This document shows, piece after piece, positions 35,661 to 45,221 of a DNA stretch of 49,593 bases (its first letter is position 1; every line of letters begins with the position of its first letter). Both the position numbers and the translations under genes were made by a program. Below the pieces are notes generated by a model, which was given only the letters and a program-made list of their open reading frames with translations, did not search any database and was not told the DNA's origin. The stretch comes from Syntrophobacteraceae bacterium. Its GTDB lineage: Bacteria; Desulfobacterota; Syntrophobacteria; Syntrophobacterales; Syntrophobacteraceae. The stretch covers positions 1-49,593 of the forward strand of contig JADGQM010000001.1 of the NCBI GenBank assembly GCA_017881795.1, written 5' to 3'.

Positions 35661-38195
35661 CTATTGCTTGATTGGTTTATCTCGATCCTCAGCCGGTCTT
35701 ATGTCCCAGCGGAGCCCATCGGAAGTCGCCTGGATGGCCCCCTGAAAGTCTGTCCGGAAGGCTGGGATACCGCGTTTTGCGCACTCTGCCAGCGCGGTGG
35801 CTGATGGGAACCCAAACAAATTATCATAGCCGCACGAAAAAATAACGGTCTGTGGATGAAGGTATTCAAAGAGAAAGGGAGGATTCGACTGCGCACTACC
35901 GTGATGAGGGGAAACCAGGAGCAATTGCTCAGGAGGCGTCTGGCCTTGAAATAGAGCAAGTCCTATTGATTGATCAATATCCCCTGGGAGAATGAGCGCA
36001 GTGCGACCAAAGTTGATTTGAAGCATCAGCGACACATTGTTCAGATTCCGTCCATCCCATTTGGTTTGAACATAGGATGGGGCTGGGTGAATAACTCTGA
36101 CCTCGCAACCGTCAATGGTGTGCCGGCCGAAAATCTCCCCAAGCTGCTTGACTGGAATCTTCCGTTTGGCGGCAATAATGGCAAGTTCGCTCGGAACCTG
36201 AGAGTTTTCCGTCAACCCGCTTTCCCAAAGACAGCCGACATCAAAATGAGAGAGCACAAAGCGCAGCCCATTCCGATGATCGGGGTGGTCGTGTGAAAGC
36301 ACCACGTAATCGAGTTTGCGAATTCCTGAATACCATAGAAAAGGCGCGAGGACAGCCCGTCCGATATCAAATGCTTCATTGTAGAACCCTCCCCCATCGA
36401 CCAACATGGTCTTCCCTCCTGGAAATTGCACCAGCGTCGAGCTCCCCTGACCCACATCAAGCGCCATGACACGCAGCGTCCCAAGTTCATCCGAGCGAGG
36501 AAGAGCCTGCTGGATGACGCTTATGGTCGAGCCGAAAAATACCAGCACGGTGATGCCAACGGCCTTGCTTCGCCAGCGCCATGGGCAGAGCAGGAGAGTC
36601 AGCCCGGCATAGAACAACACCAGGAAGAGGACGGAGACGGACCCCACCCAGAAGTAGCTCCACGAGAGGTGACTGAACCATTTCAGCAGAGCTTGAAAGA
36701 CCTCCAAGAAGAAACCTCCAAGCTTTAAGAGCGGTAGGGCAAGCTTGTCGCTGAATGCAAAAATTCCCAGACTGGCCAAGCCGGGCGGCAGAACAAAAAA
36801 CCCGGTGAGCGGCACGAGCACAATGTTAGCAAGGAAGCCTGCCAGAGAGATCCCCTGGAAATAATAGGCAGTGAGGGGAAGCACCATGATGTTTACGGCG
36901 ATGGACAGCCAAAAGGCTTCCTCAAAGGGTGCAATCAGCTTTCCCGGCAATTTGTTCCGAGTGAATGCCGGATGGACGGAGGTGAGGTGAAAGCGTTCCA
37001 ACTTTGGGTAGAGACTGAAGATGGCAAACATACAGACGAAGGTTAGCTGAAACGAAATCTGCCAGAGGCTGTTGGGATCAGCAAGAAGAATGACCAGGGC
37101 CGATGCTGCGAGAACCGAAAAGGGGTCGGCGGCAATATACCAGTATGCTGCGCCGAAACAAATGGTGAGCATCACCATGGAACGCCAGATGGGAGGGACC
37201 GAAAAGCCGGCGATGAGGGCATAGGTCGCAGCGGCCAAAAGCGCCGGCCACACGGCGATGCGCTGGTCATCGATGCGGCGCAGCACAAAAGGGCACAGCA
37301 TCCGCAAGAGTCGCTTCACGATCCAGAACACCAGGAGGGCGACCAGTCCCATGTGCAGACCGGAGATGGAAAGGAGGTGAGTGACTCCCGCTCGGTTAAG
37401 GTCTTCCCGCCATGAATCGGAAAGGAGATTTTGGTAACCGAGAAGCAGTCCTGCGTAAAATGCTGCCACATCAGGAGGAAGATTGCCCTGGATCCAGAGC
37501 AACGCCCGTTGTCGGAAACGCTCCAGACCGCTTCTTGCCTTCTGCAAAACGGACCAGGGATAAGAGGTGGAGGCGCCAGCCAATTTCACCATAAAGCGGT
37601 CGTCAGCGACATATGCCCGAGCGTTGATTCCACGCTCCGCCTGGCTGCGAACGTAATCGTAGCCGCCGGGGTTGTTGAAATTATGAAGGCGCTTGAGGCT
37701 CAAACGCAGGGCGACCATGTCACCGGGAAACCATTCTGTGGGCACACTGCGAGTCTTGCCGAGAGTAAGAAGAACACCCCCTGCGACGGGGATGCTCCGA
37801 CCTTCAACCACCGCCGCATGGAGCTGCACAGAGAGTCGGATCTTGTCCGGATAAAAATCCAGAGGCGAGCTCACTTCTCCAAGGAAGAGAGTCTGGGAAG
37901 AGTCAATAAAGGGCTCAAGACTCGGCGGTGCGGGCAGATCGGGTCGCGCCAGTCGTCCCGCAAGAAAACCAAGGGCGCAAAACACCACCAGAGGGACCAC
38001 GGGAGATCGCCACGAAATGCTTTGAGAAAACAGTCCGAGCAGGAACAAGGCCAGCAGTAAAAAGACGCCTGCCGTTGCCCAGACCATTGGAACAGCCCAG
38101 GGGCAGCAATGTTCAGCTGCAATCCCGGTCACGAAGGCGATGACCAGCCATGAAAAAGGACGTGGCCAGCGGAAATAAAGGACCGAGTGTCTCAT
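35661..38195 (-). CDS. comEC: DNA internalization-related competence protein ComEC/Rec2
   Basis: The N-terminal OB/DUF4131 region and the polytopic competence domain (THLLSISGLHMG) are followed by a C-terminal MBL domain (LDVGQG....V......M.VDGG, LSHDH.DH). Confidence 0.92.
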   Translation of the reverse strand: MRHSVLYFRWPRPFSWLVIAFVTGIAAEHCCPWAVPMVWATAGVFLLLALFLLGLFSQSISWRSPVVPLVVFCALGFLAGRLARPDLPAPPSLEPFIDSSQTLFLGEVSSPLDFYPDKIRLSVQLHAAVVEGRSIPVAGGVLLTLGKTRSVPTEWFPGDMVALRLSLKRLHNFNNPGGYDYVRSQAERGINARAYVADDRFMVKLAGASTSYPWSVLQKARSGLERFRQRALLWIQGNLPPDVAAFYAGLLLGYQNLLSDSWREDLNRAGVTHLLSISGLHMGLVALLVFWIVKRLLRMLCPFVLRRIDDQRIAVWPALLAAATYALIAGFSVPPIWRSMVMLTICFGAAYWYIAADPFSVLAASALVILLADPNSLWQISFQLTFVCMFAIFSLYPKLERFHLTSVHPAFTRNKLPGKLIAPFEEAFWLSIAVNIMVLPLTAYYFQGISLAGFLANIVLVPLTGFFVLPPGLASLGIFAFSDKLALPLLKLGGFFLEVFQALLKWFSHLSWSYFWVGSVSVLFLVLFYAGLTLLLCPWRWRSKAVGITVLVFFGSTISVIQQALPRSDELGTLRVMALDVGQGSSTLVQFPGGKTMLVDGGGFYNEAFDIGRAVLAPFLWYSGIRKLDYVVLSHDHPDHRNGLRFVLSHFDVGCLWESGLTENSQVPSELAIIAAKRKIPVKQLGEIFGRHTIDGCEVRVIHPAPSYVQTKWDGRNLNNVSLMLQINFGRTALILPGDIDQSIGLALFQGQTPPEQLLLVSPHHGSAQSNPPFLFEYLHPQTVIFSCGYDNLFGFPSATALAECAKRGIPAFRTDFQGAIQATSDGLRWDIRPAEDRDKPIKQ

Positions 38196-38207
38196 CAGCC
38201 AGGTAGA

Positions 38208-38257
38208 GTGGTCAGTAGTAATGGCCAGTGGTCAGTGATCAGTTATCAGTGATCACC
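38208..38257. repeat. Heptamer array NNNCAGT
   Basis: The units are ggccagt, ggtcagt, gatcagt, tatcagt and gatcacc. CAGT recurs at 38226, 38233, 38240 and 38247 with an exact 7-nt period, and an extra gtggtcagt lies at 38208-16. Confidence 0.9.
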
Positions 38258-38316
38258 AAAAGAGCTAAGGTGACCTGAACGTGGGGCGGGCTTTCCAGCC
38301 TGCCAGGTGCGTCAGC

Positions 38317-38337
38317 GGCCAGTGCCCAGTGCTCAGT
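38317..38337. repeat. Heptamer array: ggccagt, gcccagt, gctcagt
   Basis: Three consecutive 7-nt units end in CAGT. An imperfect hairpin ggcgggct/agcctgcc lies just upstream (38285-38304). Confidence 0.9.
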
Positions 38338-38402
38338 ATTGGAGCCACCATGACCTTTGATGTCCGCTTCCACTGTTGAATGGGTTAGCTCGACGAGGAC
38401 CA

Positions 38403-39653
38403 TCAGGTTTTTTCACGCCAGACTTTGGCGCCAATTGCCGCGAGCTTTTTTTCAATGGTTTCGTAGCCCCGGTCCAAGTGATAGATCCGGTGGATTTCCG
38501 TGACCCCCTCTGCCGCTAAGGCAGCAAGCACCAACGACGCCGAGGCGCGGAGATCGGTCGCCATGACTTGGGCTCCAGACAGTCTCCTCACTCCTCGCAC
38601 CACCGCAGTTCGCCCTTCCAGCTCAATCTCCGCTCCCAGACGTTTGAGTTCCAGAACATGCATAAAACGGTTCTCAAAGATCTGTTCGGTGATGAGGCTC
38701 ACGCCATCGCCGAGCGCCATGAGCGCCATAAATTGAGCCTGCATGTCGGTGGGAAAAGCCGGGTACGGTCGCGTCTTTACGTCTACACTCCTGATTTTCG
38801 AAACCCGCCTCACCTCTAGAGAATCCTGCCCAGCCTCAATCGCCAAACCCGCTTGTGCCAAGTGCTGAATCACCGCATCCAGGTGGTCAGGGCGGCAGCC
38901 TCTCAGCTTGAGATGCCCGTTGGTAATCCCGGCAGCAGCCAGGTAGGTTCCTGTTTCAATACGATCGGGTATCACGGTAAAGTCGCTGGGAGTGAGCTCC
39001 CTTACGCCATCAATCTTGATTTCAGTGGTTCCCGCGCCTTCGATCCGAGCACCCATTTTGTTCAAATATTCGGCGAGAGCAACGACTTCCGGTTCCTGAG
39101 CCGCATTCTGAAGCACGGTTACACCGTCTGCCAGAGTAGCGGCCATCATGAGATTCTCGGTCCCCGTGACCGTCACTTGATCAAAGCTGATCACCGCTCC
39201 TCGCAATCTTGACGCGCTCGCGATGACATAGCCATGGTCCAGTTCGATGTCCACACCCATCTGTTGCAGTCCTCTCAGGTGCAGATTAATCGGGCGAGCA
39301 CCAATGGCACAGCCGCCCGGCAGGGATACACGCGCTTTTCGATACCGGGCGAGAAGAGGGCCCAAGACCAGTACGGATGCTCTCATGGTCTTGACCAGTT
39401 CATAGGGCGCCTCAAACGTACGGATGTCTGAGGTATCGAGCTCGAACCGATCTCCCTGTTCAGAAACCGCTCCCATGTTGGATAGCAGGACCTGCATGGT
39501 GCGGATGTCGCGAAGCCTGGGGACGTTGGCGAAGGTGTGCTTGCCACTGGCGAGCAGTGACGCAGCCATGAGGGGGAGCGCAGCATTCTTAGCCCCACTT
39601 ATCGACACCTGCCCTTTAAGACTGACACCACCTTCGATCACCAGTTTGTCCAT
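38403..39653 (-). CDS. murA: UDP-N-acetylglucosamine 1-carboxyvinyltransferase
   Basis: [22 protein letters not shown] and the active-site region [11 protein letters not shown] are present. Size is 416 aa. Confidence 0.97.
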   Translation of the reverse strand: MDKLVIEGGVSLKGQVSISGAKNAALPLMAASLLASGKHTFANVPRLRDIRTMQVLLSNMGAVSEQGDRFELDTSDIRTFEAPYELVKTMRASVLVLGPLLARYRKARVSLPGGCAIGARPINLHLRGLQQMGVDIELDHGYVIASASRLRGAVISFDQVTVTGTENLMMAATLADGVTVLQNAAQEPEVVALAEYLNKMGARIEGAGTTEIKIDGVRELTPSDFTVIPDRIETGTYLAAAGITNGHLKLRGCRPDHLDAVIQHLAQAGLAIEAGQDSLEVRRVSKIRSVDVKTRPYPAFPTDMQAQFMALMALGDGVSLITEQIFENRFMHVLELKRLGAEIELEGRTAVVRGVRRLSGAQVMATDLRASASLVLAALAAEGVTEIHRIYHLDRGYETIEKKLAAIGAKVWREKT

Positions 39654-39677
39654 TTCTCACCTGCCACATATATAAGT

Positions 39678-39698
39678 GCTGAGTCCTGAGTGCCGAGT
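39678..39698. repeat. Heptamer array: gctgagt, cctgagt, gccgagt
   Basis: Three consecutive 7-nt units end in GAGT, 25 nt upstream of the murA start. Confidence 0.9.
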
Positions 39699-39749
39699 TC
39701 TGGCCCAGGAGTCAACAGCCAGAGGTTGAACCTAACATCCCCAAAACCT

Positions 39750-39777
39750 ATCAACCATCAACCATCAACCACGAACC
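39750..39777. repeat. Heptamer array ATCAACC x3 plus ACGAACC, overlapping the prmC stop
   Basis: Units lie at 39750-56, 57-63, 64-70 and 71-77. On the minus strand this reads GGTTGAT x3, giving TGA in all three frames (39767-65, 39760-58, 39753-51). Confidence 0.95.
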
Positions 39778-40634
39778 TTTTGAATGTGCAGGATGCGCAG
39801 GATTCCGGAATAATCCCGAATGAATTCAAAGCGACCCATCAAGGAATCCCCACTAAGTTCTGCGCGCATAATTTCTGCCTGTCCGGCCCCAATCTCCAAC
39901 AACAGCGATCCGCCCTCTTTCAGGTAAGCCGACGCGTCGCCAATAATCCGCCGAATTACCGCAAGCCCCTGGGGGCCTGCCAGGAGGGCGGCTTTTGGTT
40001 CGTATCTTATTATTTCCGGAGCAAGTTGAGGTAATTCTTTTTCACCCACATACGGTGGGTTGCTAATGATCACATCGAATGGTGGGCTGGAAGAAGAAAA
40101 GCCGCGAAACAAATCGGTCGCGACAAAAGCGATGCGATCATCGACACCATGACGAGAGGCGTTACGCCTGGCTACCAGAAGGGCCGCGCAGGATGTGTCG
40201 GTGGCAATCACCCTAACAGCACGGCATTCGTGGGTGAGGGCAATGGCGATGGCTCCCGAGCCCGTGCCCAGATCAAGCACTCGTTTCGAGGAGTCTTTTA
40301 CGAGCTCGAGCGCCTTTTCGACGAGCAATTCCGTTTCCGGCCGCGGAATCAGGACGGCCGGAGTGACCTCAAGTTCCAAAGACCAGAATTCCTGTTTTCC
40401 GGTTATATATGGGGTGGGTTCGCGTGCCGCTCGGCGACGGATTGAATCCCGATATGCGGCCAATTCGTCGGGGGCGAGAGGACGATCGAAATTGAGGTAG
40501 AGTTGGATACGTTCCAGTCCAAGCACATGAGCAAGCAGCACTTCAGCACTGGCGCGCGGTTGGTCAATCTCCTTAAGGCCAAAGTACTCCGTGGTCCACT
40601 GGAGCACCTTGAGAACCGTCCATCTCTCTTCCAT
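39765..40634 (-). CDS. prmC: Peptide chain release factor N5-glutamine methyltransferase
   Basis: The SAM motif (VLDLGTGSGAIA) and NPPY (IISNPPYV) are present, and the gene lies directly downstream of prfA. Confidence 0.93.
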   Translation of the reverse strand: MEERWTVLKVLQWTTEYFGLKEIDQPRASAEVLLAHVLGLERIQLYLNFDRPLAPDELAAYRDSIRRRAAREPTPYITGKQEFWSLELEVTPAVLIPRPETELLVEKALELVKDSSKRVLDLGTGSGAIAIALTHECRAVRVIATDTSCAALLVARRNASRHGVDDRIAFVATDLFRGFSSSSPPFDVIISNPPYVGEKELPQLAPEIIRYEPKAALLAGPQGLAVIRRIIGDASAYLKEGGSLLLEIGAGQAEIMRAELSGDSLMGRFEFIRDYSGILRILHIQKVRG

Positions 40635-40650
40635 TCCTCAATTCCGCAAT
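40635..40650. repeat. Two octamers, TCCTCAAT and TCCGCAAT, abutting the prmC start codon
   Basis: The first unit is identical to the 53-76 unit. The second matches the tccgcaat reading of the 46728-46750 array. On the minus strand the sequence reads ATTGCGGAATTGAGGA-ATG. Confidence 0.85.
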
Positions 40651-40701
40651 ACGAGTGGCTTTAACCAGAAGGCTTCTGATTGTTCGGCGGTGGATGGACG
40701 A

Positions 40702-41778
40702 CTAGCCCAGCCGCAAACCCTTCAAGGCTTCTGCCTGAAAATGCGTGGTCAAAGGGTCGATAATATCGTCGAGAGTGCCGCCGTCAAGAATGGCATCCAA
40801 TTTATAGAGGGTGAGGTTGATCCGGTGGTCGGAAACTCGGTTTTGGGGGAAATTGTACGTGCGGATGCGCTCGCTCCGGTCTCCGGTGCCGACCTGACTC
40901 TTTCGTTCCTGAGCGATTTTCGCCTCTTGCTCGCTTTGCATCTGATCCAGCAAGCGAGCGCGAAGCACCTTCAGAGCCTTGGCTTTGTTCTTGTGCTGTG
41001 ACTTTTCATCCTGGCAGATCACCACCAGCCCGCTAGGGACATGAGTGATGCGCACGGCGGAATCAGTGGTGTTCACGCTTTGTCCGCCTGGTCCGGAGGA
41101 CCGGAACACGTCCACACGCAGTTCGTTGGGATCGATGTAAACGTCCACCTCTTCGGCTTCGGGAAGAACGGCCACCGTCACGGCCGAGGTATGGATTCTC
41201 CCCTGGCTCTCTGTCACCGGCACGCGCTGGACCCGGTGCGCCCCCCGCTCGTATTTCAGCCGGCTGTAGGCTCCCTTGCCGTTAATCTCGGCGACGATTT
41301 CCTTTAAACCGCCGATGCCGGTCGGATGGGCATCCAAAATTTCGACCTTCCACCGACGAAGTTCAGCGTAGCGTGAATACATCCGGAAGAGGTCAGCGAC
41401 AAAAAGCGCCGCTTCCTCACCTCCTGTACCAGCCCGGATTTCAAGGATGACGCTTTTGTCGTCTTTGGGGTCCTTGGGAGCAAGCATGAGCTTGAGTTCT
41501 GTCTCGCATGCATCCAGTTCTTTCCGCTGCCGGGCGACCTCATGCTTGAAAAGCTCTCGCATTTCCGGATCATCTTCCGCCTCAAGCAGTTCCTGATTTT
41601 CCTGGACTTGCCGGCTTAACCTCTTGAATTGCCGGTAGGTCTCGACAACGGGGGAGATTTCGGCATGCTCTCTGGTAACCTTCTGGTATTCCTTTTGATT
41701 AGCCAGAATTTCTGCGTTGCTGAGCTCTTCCTCAAGCTGGTGATATCTTTCCTCAACACTTTTCAGACGATTGAACAT
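40702..41778 (-). CDS. prfA: Peptide chain release factor 1
   Basis: The GGQ motif ([19 protein letters not shown]) and an RF1-type PxT tripeptide (PVT) are present. Size is 358 aa. Confidence 0.97.
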   Translation of the reverse strand: MFNRLKSVEERYHQLEEELSNAEILANQKEYQKVTREHAEISPVVETYRQFKRLSRQVQENQELLEAEDDPEMRELFKHEVARQRKELDACETELKLMLAPKDPKDDKSVILEIRAGTGGEEAALFVADLFRMYSRYAELRRWKVEILDAHPTGIGGLKEIVAEINGKGAYSRLKYERGAHRVQRVPVTESQGRIHTSAVTVAVLPEAEEVDVYIDPNELRVDVFRSSGPGGQSVNTTDSAVRITHVPSGLVVICQDEKSQHKNKAKALKVLRARLLDQMQSEQEAKIAQERKSQVGTGDRSERIRTYNFPQNRVSDHRINLTLYKLDAILDGGTLDDIIDPLTTHFQAEALKGLRLG

Positions 41779-41864
41779 AACCGTATCGGCCTGCCCTCAA
41801 TTGCACAGGGCTACACAAAAAAATAATAAATTCTGTGGAATGGGGATTGTCCAGAGTTCCGACG

Positions 41865-42080
41865 CTAAGCCTCTTTGGTCTGGAATTTTTCGTATTTCCT
41901 GCGAAATCTCTCAATGCGACCAGCAGAATCCACCAACTTTTGTTTGCCCGTGTAAAAGGGATGGCAGTTGGAACAAATTTCAACCCGGATCTCTTGCTTT
42001 GTTGATCCAGTCGGAATTTCGTTGCCACAGGCGCACCGGATAACGGTCTGACGATACGCGGGATGGATATTCTCTTTCAT
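41865..42080 (-). CDS. rpmE: 50S ribosomal protein L31
   Basis: MKENIHP.Y......C.CG.......T.......[13 protein letters not shown] matches L31. AGGAGG lies upstream of the ATG at 42080. The ORF-track start at 42137 is an extension. Confidence 0.93.
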   Translation of the reverse strand: MKENIHPAYRQTVIRCACGNEIPTGSTKQEIRVEICSNCHPFYTGKQKLVDSAGRIERFRRKYEKFQTKEA

Positions 42081-42243
42081 TGGTTCTGTTCCTCCTTCTT
42101 TTCCTTGAGCCATTTTGAATTTGTTATTATACACCACCTTCCATTTTGCTCAAGTATTTTTAGAAGGAAATGTAGGCTCAGGACACGGCGCCGGGCTCCC
42201 AGGGCCTTGTTTTCGTACCCCTGAACTGCAAACTCTTTCTGGT

Positions 42244-43572
42244 CTAGCGGTTCATGGAGGCGAGAAAATCCGCGTTGCCTTTAGTGCCCTGCATTTTGTC
42301 GAGCAAAAATTCCATGGCATCGATCGGATTCAGCGGAGAAAGCAGTTTTCTAAGAATCCAGATGCGGTTGAGATCATCTGATGGAATCAACAACTCCTCT
42401 TTACGCGTGCCGGACTTGTTAATATCAATAGCCGGAAAGATGCGGCGATCGGCAAGCTTGCGGTCAAGCACAATTTCCATATTGCCAGTGCCCTTGAATT
42501 CCTCAAAGATTACCTCATCCATGCGACTGCCCGTGTCAATCAACGCCGTGGCAATAATGGTCAGGCTGCCGCCCTGTTCGACGTTGCGCGCAGCGCCAAA
42601 AAAGCGTTTCGGGCGGTGCAGTGCATTCGAGTCCAAGCCGCCGGAGAGGATCTTCCCACTCGGAGGCACCACCGAGTTATAGGCTCGGGCGAGGCGCGTG
42701 ATGCTGTCGAGGAGGATGATTACATCCCGTTTATGTTCCACCAGCCGTTTGGCTTTTTCGCTTACCATCTCCGCCACCTGCACGTGACGCTGGGGCGGCT
42801 CGTCAAAGGTGGAGCTCACTACTTCGGCCCGCACGTTCCGTTGCATATCGGTGACTTCTTCGGGTCTCTCATCGATCAGCAAAACAATGAGGTAAGCCTC
42901 CTTATGGTTAACCGAGATGGCATTGGCAATATTTTGAAGCAGCATGGTCTTGCCGGTGCGAGGCTGAGCGACGATCAGGCCGCGCTGGCCGAAACCGATA
43001 GGGGTCAAGAGATCCATCACCCTGGTGGAAAGATTATCGGCAATGCTTTCCAGCCTGACGCGTCGATCCGGATAGAGGGGAGTAAGGTTGTCAAAGAGTA
43101 TTTTATCTCGAGCTACCTCAGGATCTTCATAATTAACCGCTTCCACCTTTAAGAGCGCGAAGTAGCGTTCATTGTCTTTGGGTGGGCGAATCTGCCCGGA
43201 GATGCTGTCCCCGGTTCGCAGACTGAAGCGCCGGATCTGTGAGGGCGAGACGTATATGTCATCCGGACCCGGGAGATAGTTATAGTTCTGGCTTCGGAGA
43301 AAGCCGAATCCGTCAGGCAGGATCTCCAGGACTCCTTCTCCATAAATCAGACCGCTCATTTCCGCCTGAGCCTGGAGCAGAGAGAAGATCAGTTCCTGCT
43401 TTCGCATCGCACTGGCTCCTTCAATGTTGAGGGCCTTGGCGATGGTCATCAACTCCCTGATGTTCTTACTTTTCAACTCCACAAGGTTCATTTCGTTGCG
43501 GGGTTGTTCAGCATTTTCCAGGTCTTTGGCTTGCTTCTGAGTGTCCTGGGTGTTTTGCGTAGCTTGAGGCAT
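42244..43572 (-). CDS. rho: Transcription termination factor Rho
   Basis: The N-terminal domain [20 protein letters not shown], the RNA-binding domain, the Walker A motif ([10 protein letters not shown]) and Q/R loops are all present. The start is ambiguous: GTG 43611, ATG 43587, ATG 43572 (GGAG upstream) or ATG 43491. Confidence 0.95.
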   Translation of the reverse strand: MPQATQNTQDTQKQAKDLENAEQPRNEMNLVELKSKNIRELMTIAKALNIEGASAMRKQELIFSLLQAQAEMSGLIYGEGVLEILPDGFGFLRSQNYNYLPGPDDIYVSPSQIRRFSLRTGDSISGQIRPPKDNERYFALLKVEAVNYEDPEVARDKILFDNLTPLYPDRRVRLESIADNLSTRVMDLLTPIGFGQRGLIVAQPRTGKTMLLQNIANAISVNHKEAYLIVLLIDERPEEVTDMQRNVRAEVVSSTFDEPPQRHVQVAEMVSEKAKRLVEHKRDVIILLDSITRLARAYNSVVPPSGKILSGGLDSNALHRPKRFFGAARNVEQGGSLTIIATALIDTGSRMDEVIFEEFKGTGNMEIVLDRKLADRRIFPAIDINKSGTRKEELLIPSDDLNRIWILRKLLSPLNPIDAMEFLLDKMQGTKGNADFLASMNR

Positions 43573-43839
43573 ATCCGTCCACTCCATGGATAGTAAATTG
43601 TCAATCGTCACGAACCTGTTCTTCGGGCATGATGCGTCTCACACTGGCAAGATGATTTTGAGGAAGCGGCATTTCCGGGGAATGGGTGCTAGTCTCAATA
43701 ATTTTTGTCTGCCAGACGTTCTTCCTGGTATTTTGTCGAGGTTACTCTCGGAGCAGAGCTCACCTACTCCGACGAGGCAAGTTCAACTCTAAAGAAGTTT
43801 TTTCGTTTGTCAACACATTTATCTCATTAAAATACTCTA

Positions 43840-44613
43840 CTAGAAACCTATGCGAGTCCAGATGCTGGGCTTCTTAGCCCCTTCGGCCAGACGCTGCTCG
43901 GACGTCGCCACCATCTTTTTAATCTCCTCTTCATAGCCCAGGTCCCTGACCGCTTGAGGGAAATTGCGATTGATCAATTCCAGCCGATCTTTCGCCGCGT
44001 AAAATTCCCCCATAATGTAATAGAGTCGCCCGACATGAAACTCATGGGCAACTATGCGCTTTTGACATTCAAAGAACTGTTTCTTCGCTTTCAGAGTGTA
44101 CTCGGACTGCGGATAAGCCTGAATCAAGCGCTGAAAAGATTCCATCGCCAACCGCGTTTCTTCCTGGTCCCGGTCAACGGTGGTAAAAGATAAGAAATGG
44201 CACATCCCAATTTGATAGAGCACATAGGGGATCACTTCATTTCGCGGATGGAGTCGCGCGAACTCCTCGTACGCTATGGCCGCATCAGCATAATCCTTAT
44301 TGTAAAAGTGGGCATCGCCAAGCTTGAGTTCCGCCAGAATTGCATACTTGCTGTAAGGATAGCGCTCTTTCAGTTGCTGAAACGCTTTGATCGCATCTTC
44401 ATAATCTTTTTTCTGCATCTTCTGCGTGCCTTCGATTACAAGCTGCTCGGCACTTTTCTCAAGGGCCGAGGAGGAACCCTTGCCGAAGGTGTCTCCGAAG
44501 TAAAATTTTACCAAATAGGAATCACAGCCGCAGATTCCCAGCATGAAGATGGGCAGAAGTAAAACAACAAAATGCCGAAAAAGGTTTACCAACGGTCTAG
44601 AAGCAAAGCGCAT
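43840..44613 (-). CDS. bamD: Outer membrane protein assembly factor BamD (TPR lipoprotein)
   Basis: A signal peptide with a lipobox-like ICGC is followed by the TPR-rich YfiO pattern (YPYSKYA..A.L.LGDA.Y....Y..A...YE.F..L.P.). Confidence 0.85.
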   Translation of the reverse strand: MRFASRPLVNLFRHFVVLLLPIFMLGICGCDSYLVKFYFGDTFGKGSSSALEKSAEQLVIEGTQKMQKKDYEDAIKAFQQLKERYPYSKYAILAELKLGDAHFYNKDYADAAIAYEEFARLHPRNEVIPYVLYQIGMCHFLSFTTVDRDQEETRLAMESFQRLIQAYPQSEYTLKAKKQFFECQKRIVAHEFHVGRLYYIMGEFYAAKDRLELINRNFPQAVRDLGYEEEIKKMVATSEQRLAEGAKKPSIWTRIGF

Positions 44614-44702
44614 AATGGTTCCTGTTATTGCAAGGGGGAGCTGGAATCTCCTATGTTCCTTCGAGGAGACTCAAGCAGAACCATCTCAGGTCATGCCGGT
44701 TC

Positions 44703-45035
44703 TTAGCCAACTGCTTTGTCGACGGCAGCAGTGATCTGGGACTTGGCTACGGCGCCGGTGATTTGTTCGCTTACACTCCCATTCTTGAAAAGGATCAGGG
44801 TCGGGATCGCGCGAATGCCGTAACGGGAAGGCGTCTTGGGATTGTCATCGACGTTGCACTTTGCCACTTTGAGCTTGCCTGCATAGTCTCCGGACAGCTC
44901 ATCAATGACGGGAGCGATCGCTCTGCAGGGCCCGCACCACGGCGCCCAAAAATCCACCAGAACGGGTACTTCCGACTGCAGAACTTCCTGCTCAAACGTG
45001 CTGTCGCTAATTTCAATGATGTTTTTTCCTGCCAT
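44703..45035 (-). CDS. trxA: Thioredoxin
   Basis: VLVDFWAPWCGPCR and AIPTLILFKNG are present. Size is 110 aa. Confidence 0.97.
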   Translation of the reverse strand: MAGKNIIEISDSTFEQEVLQSEVPVLVDFWAPWCGPCRAIAPVIDELSGDYAGKLKVAKCNVDDNPKTPSRYGIRAIPTLILFKNGSVSEQITGAVAKSQITAAVDKAVG

Positions 45036-45057
45036 CAGAACCGCTCCTCTCTTCGCT

Positions 45058-45069
45058 ACACACGTGTGT
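45058..45069. promoter_or_regulatory. Perfect 12-bp palindrome ACACACGTGTGT in the trxA/radA divergent region
   Basis: Direct reading. It lies 23 nt upstream of the trxA ATG. Its function is unknown. Confidence 0.4.
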
Positions 45070-45221
45070 TTTTCAAGTATCCTGGGAACTTGCCGTTTGC
45101 TCTGAAAACCCGTTTCAGGATATATACAATCGGCCTGATTTTGTCAATCAAACATCAATTCCCTGCAACCTGGAACTCCAACTGCGAGGGAAAAACGGAA
45201 ATAGAACTGTGGAGGAAACTC

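Noticed and set aside
44628-45221. A 198-codon N-terminal extension of the radA ORF
   Set aside because: It runs antisense across trxA. The RadA zinc ribbon begins right after the ATG at 45222, which has a GGAGGA SD.
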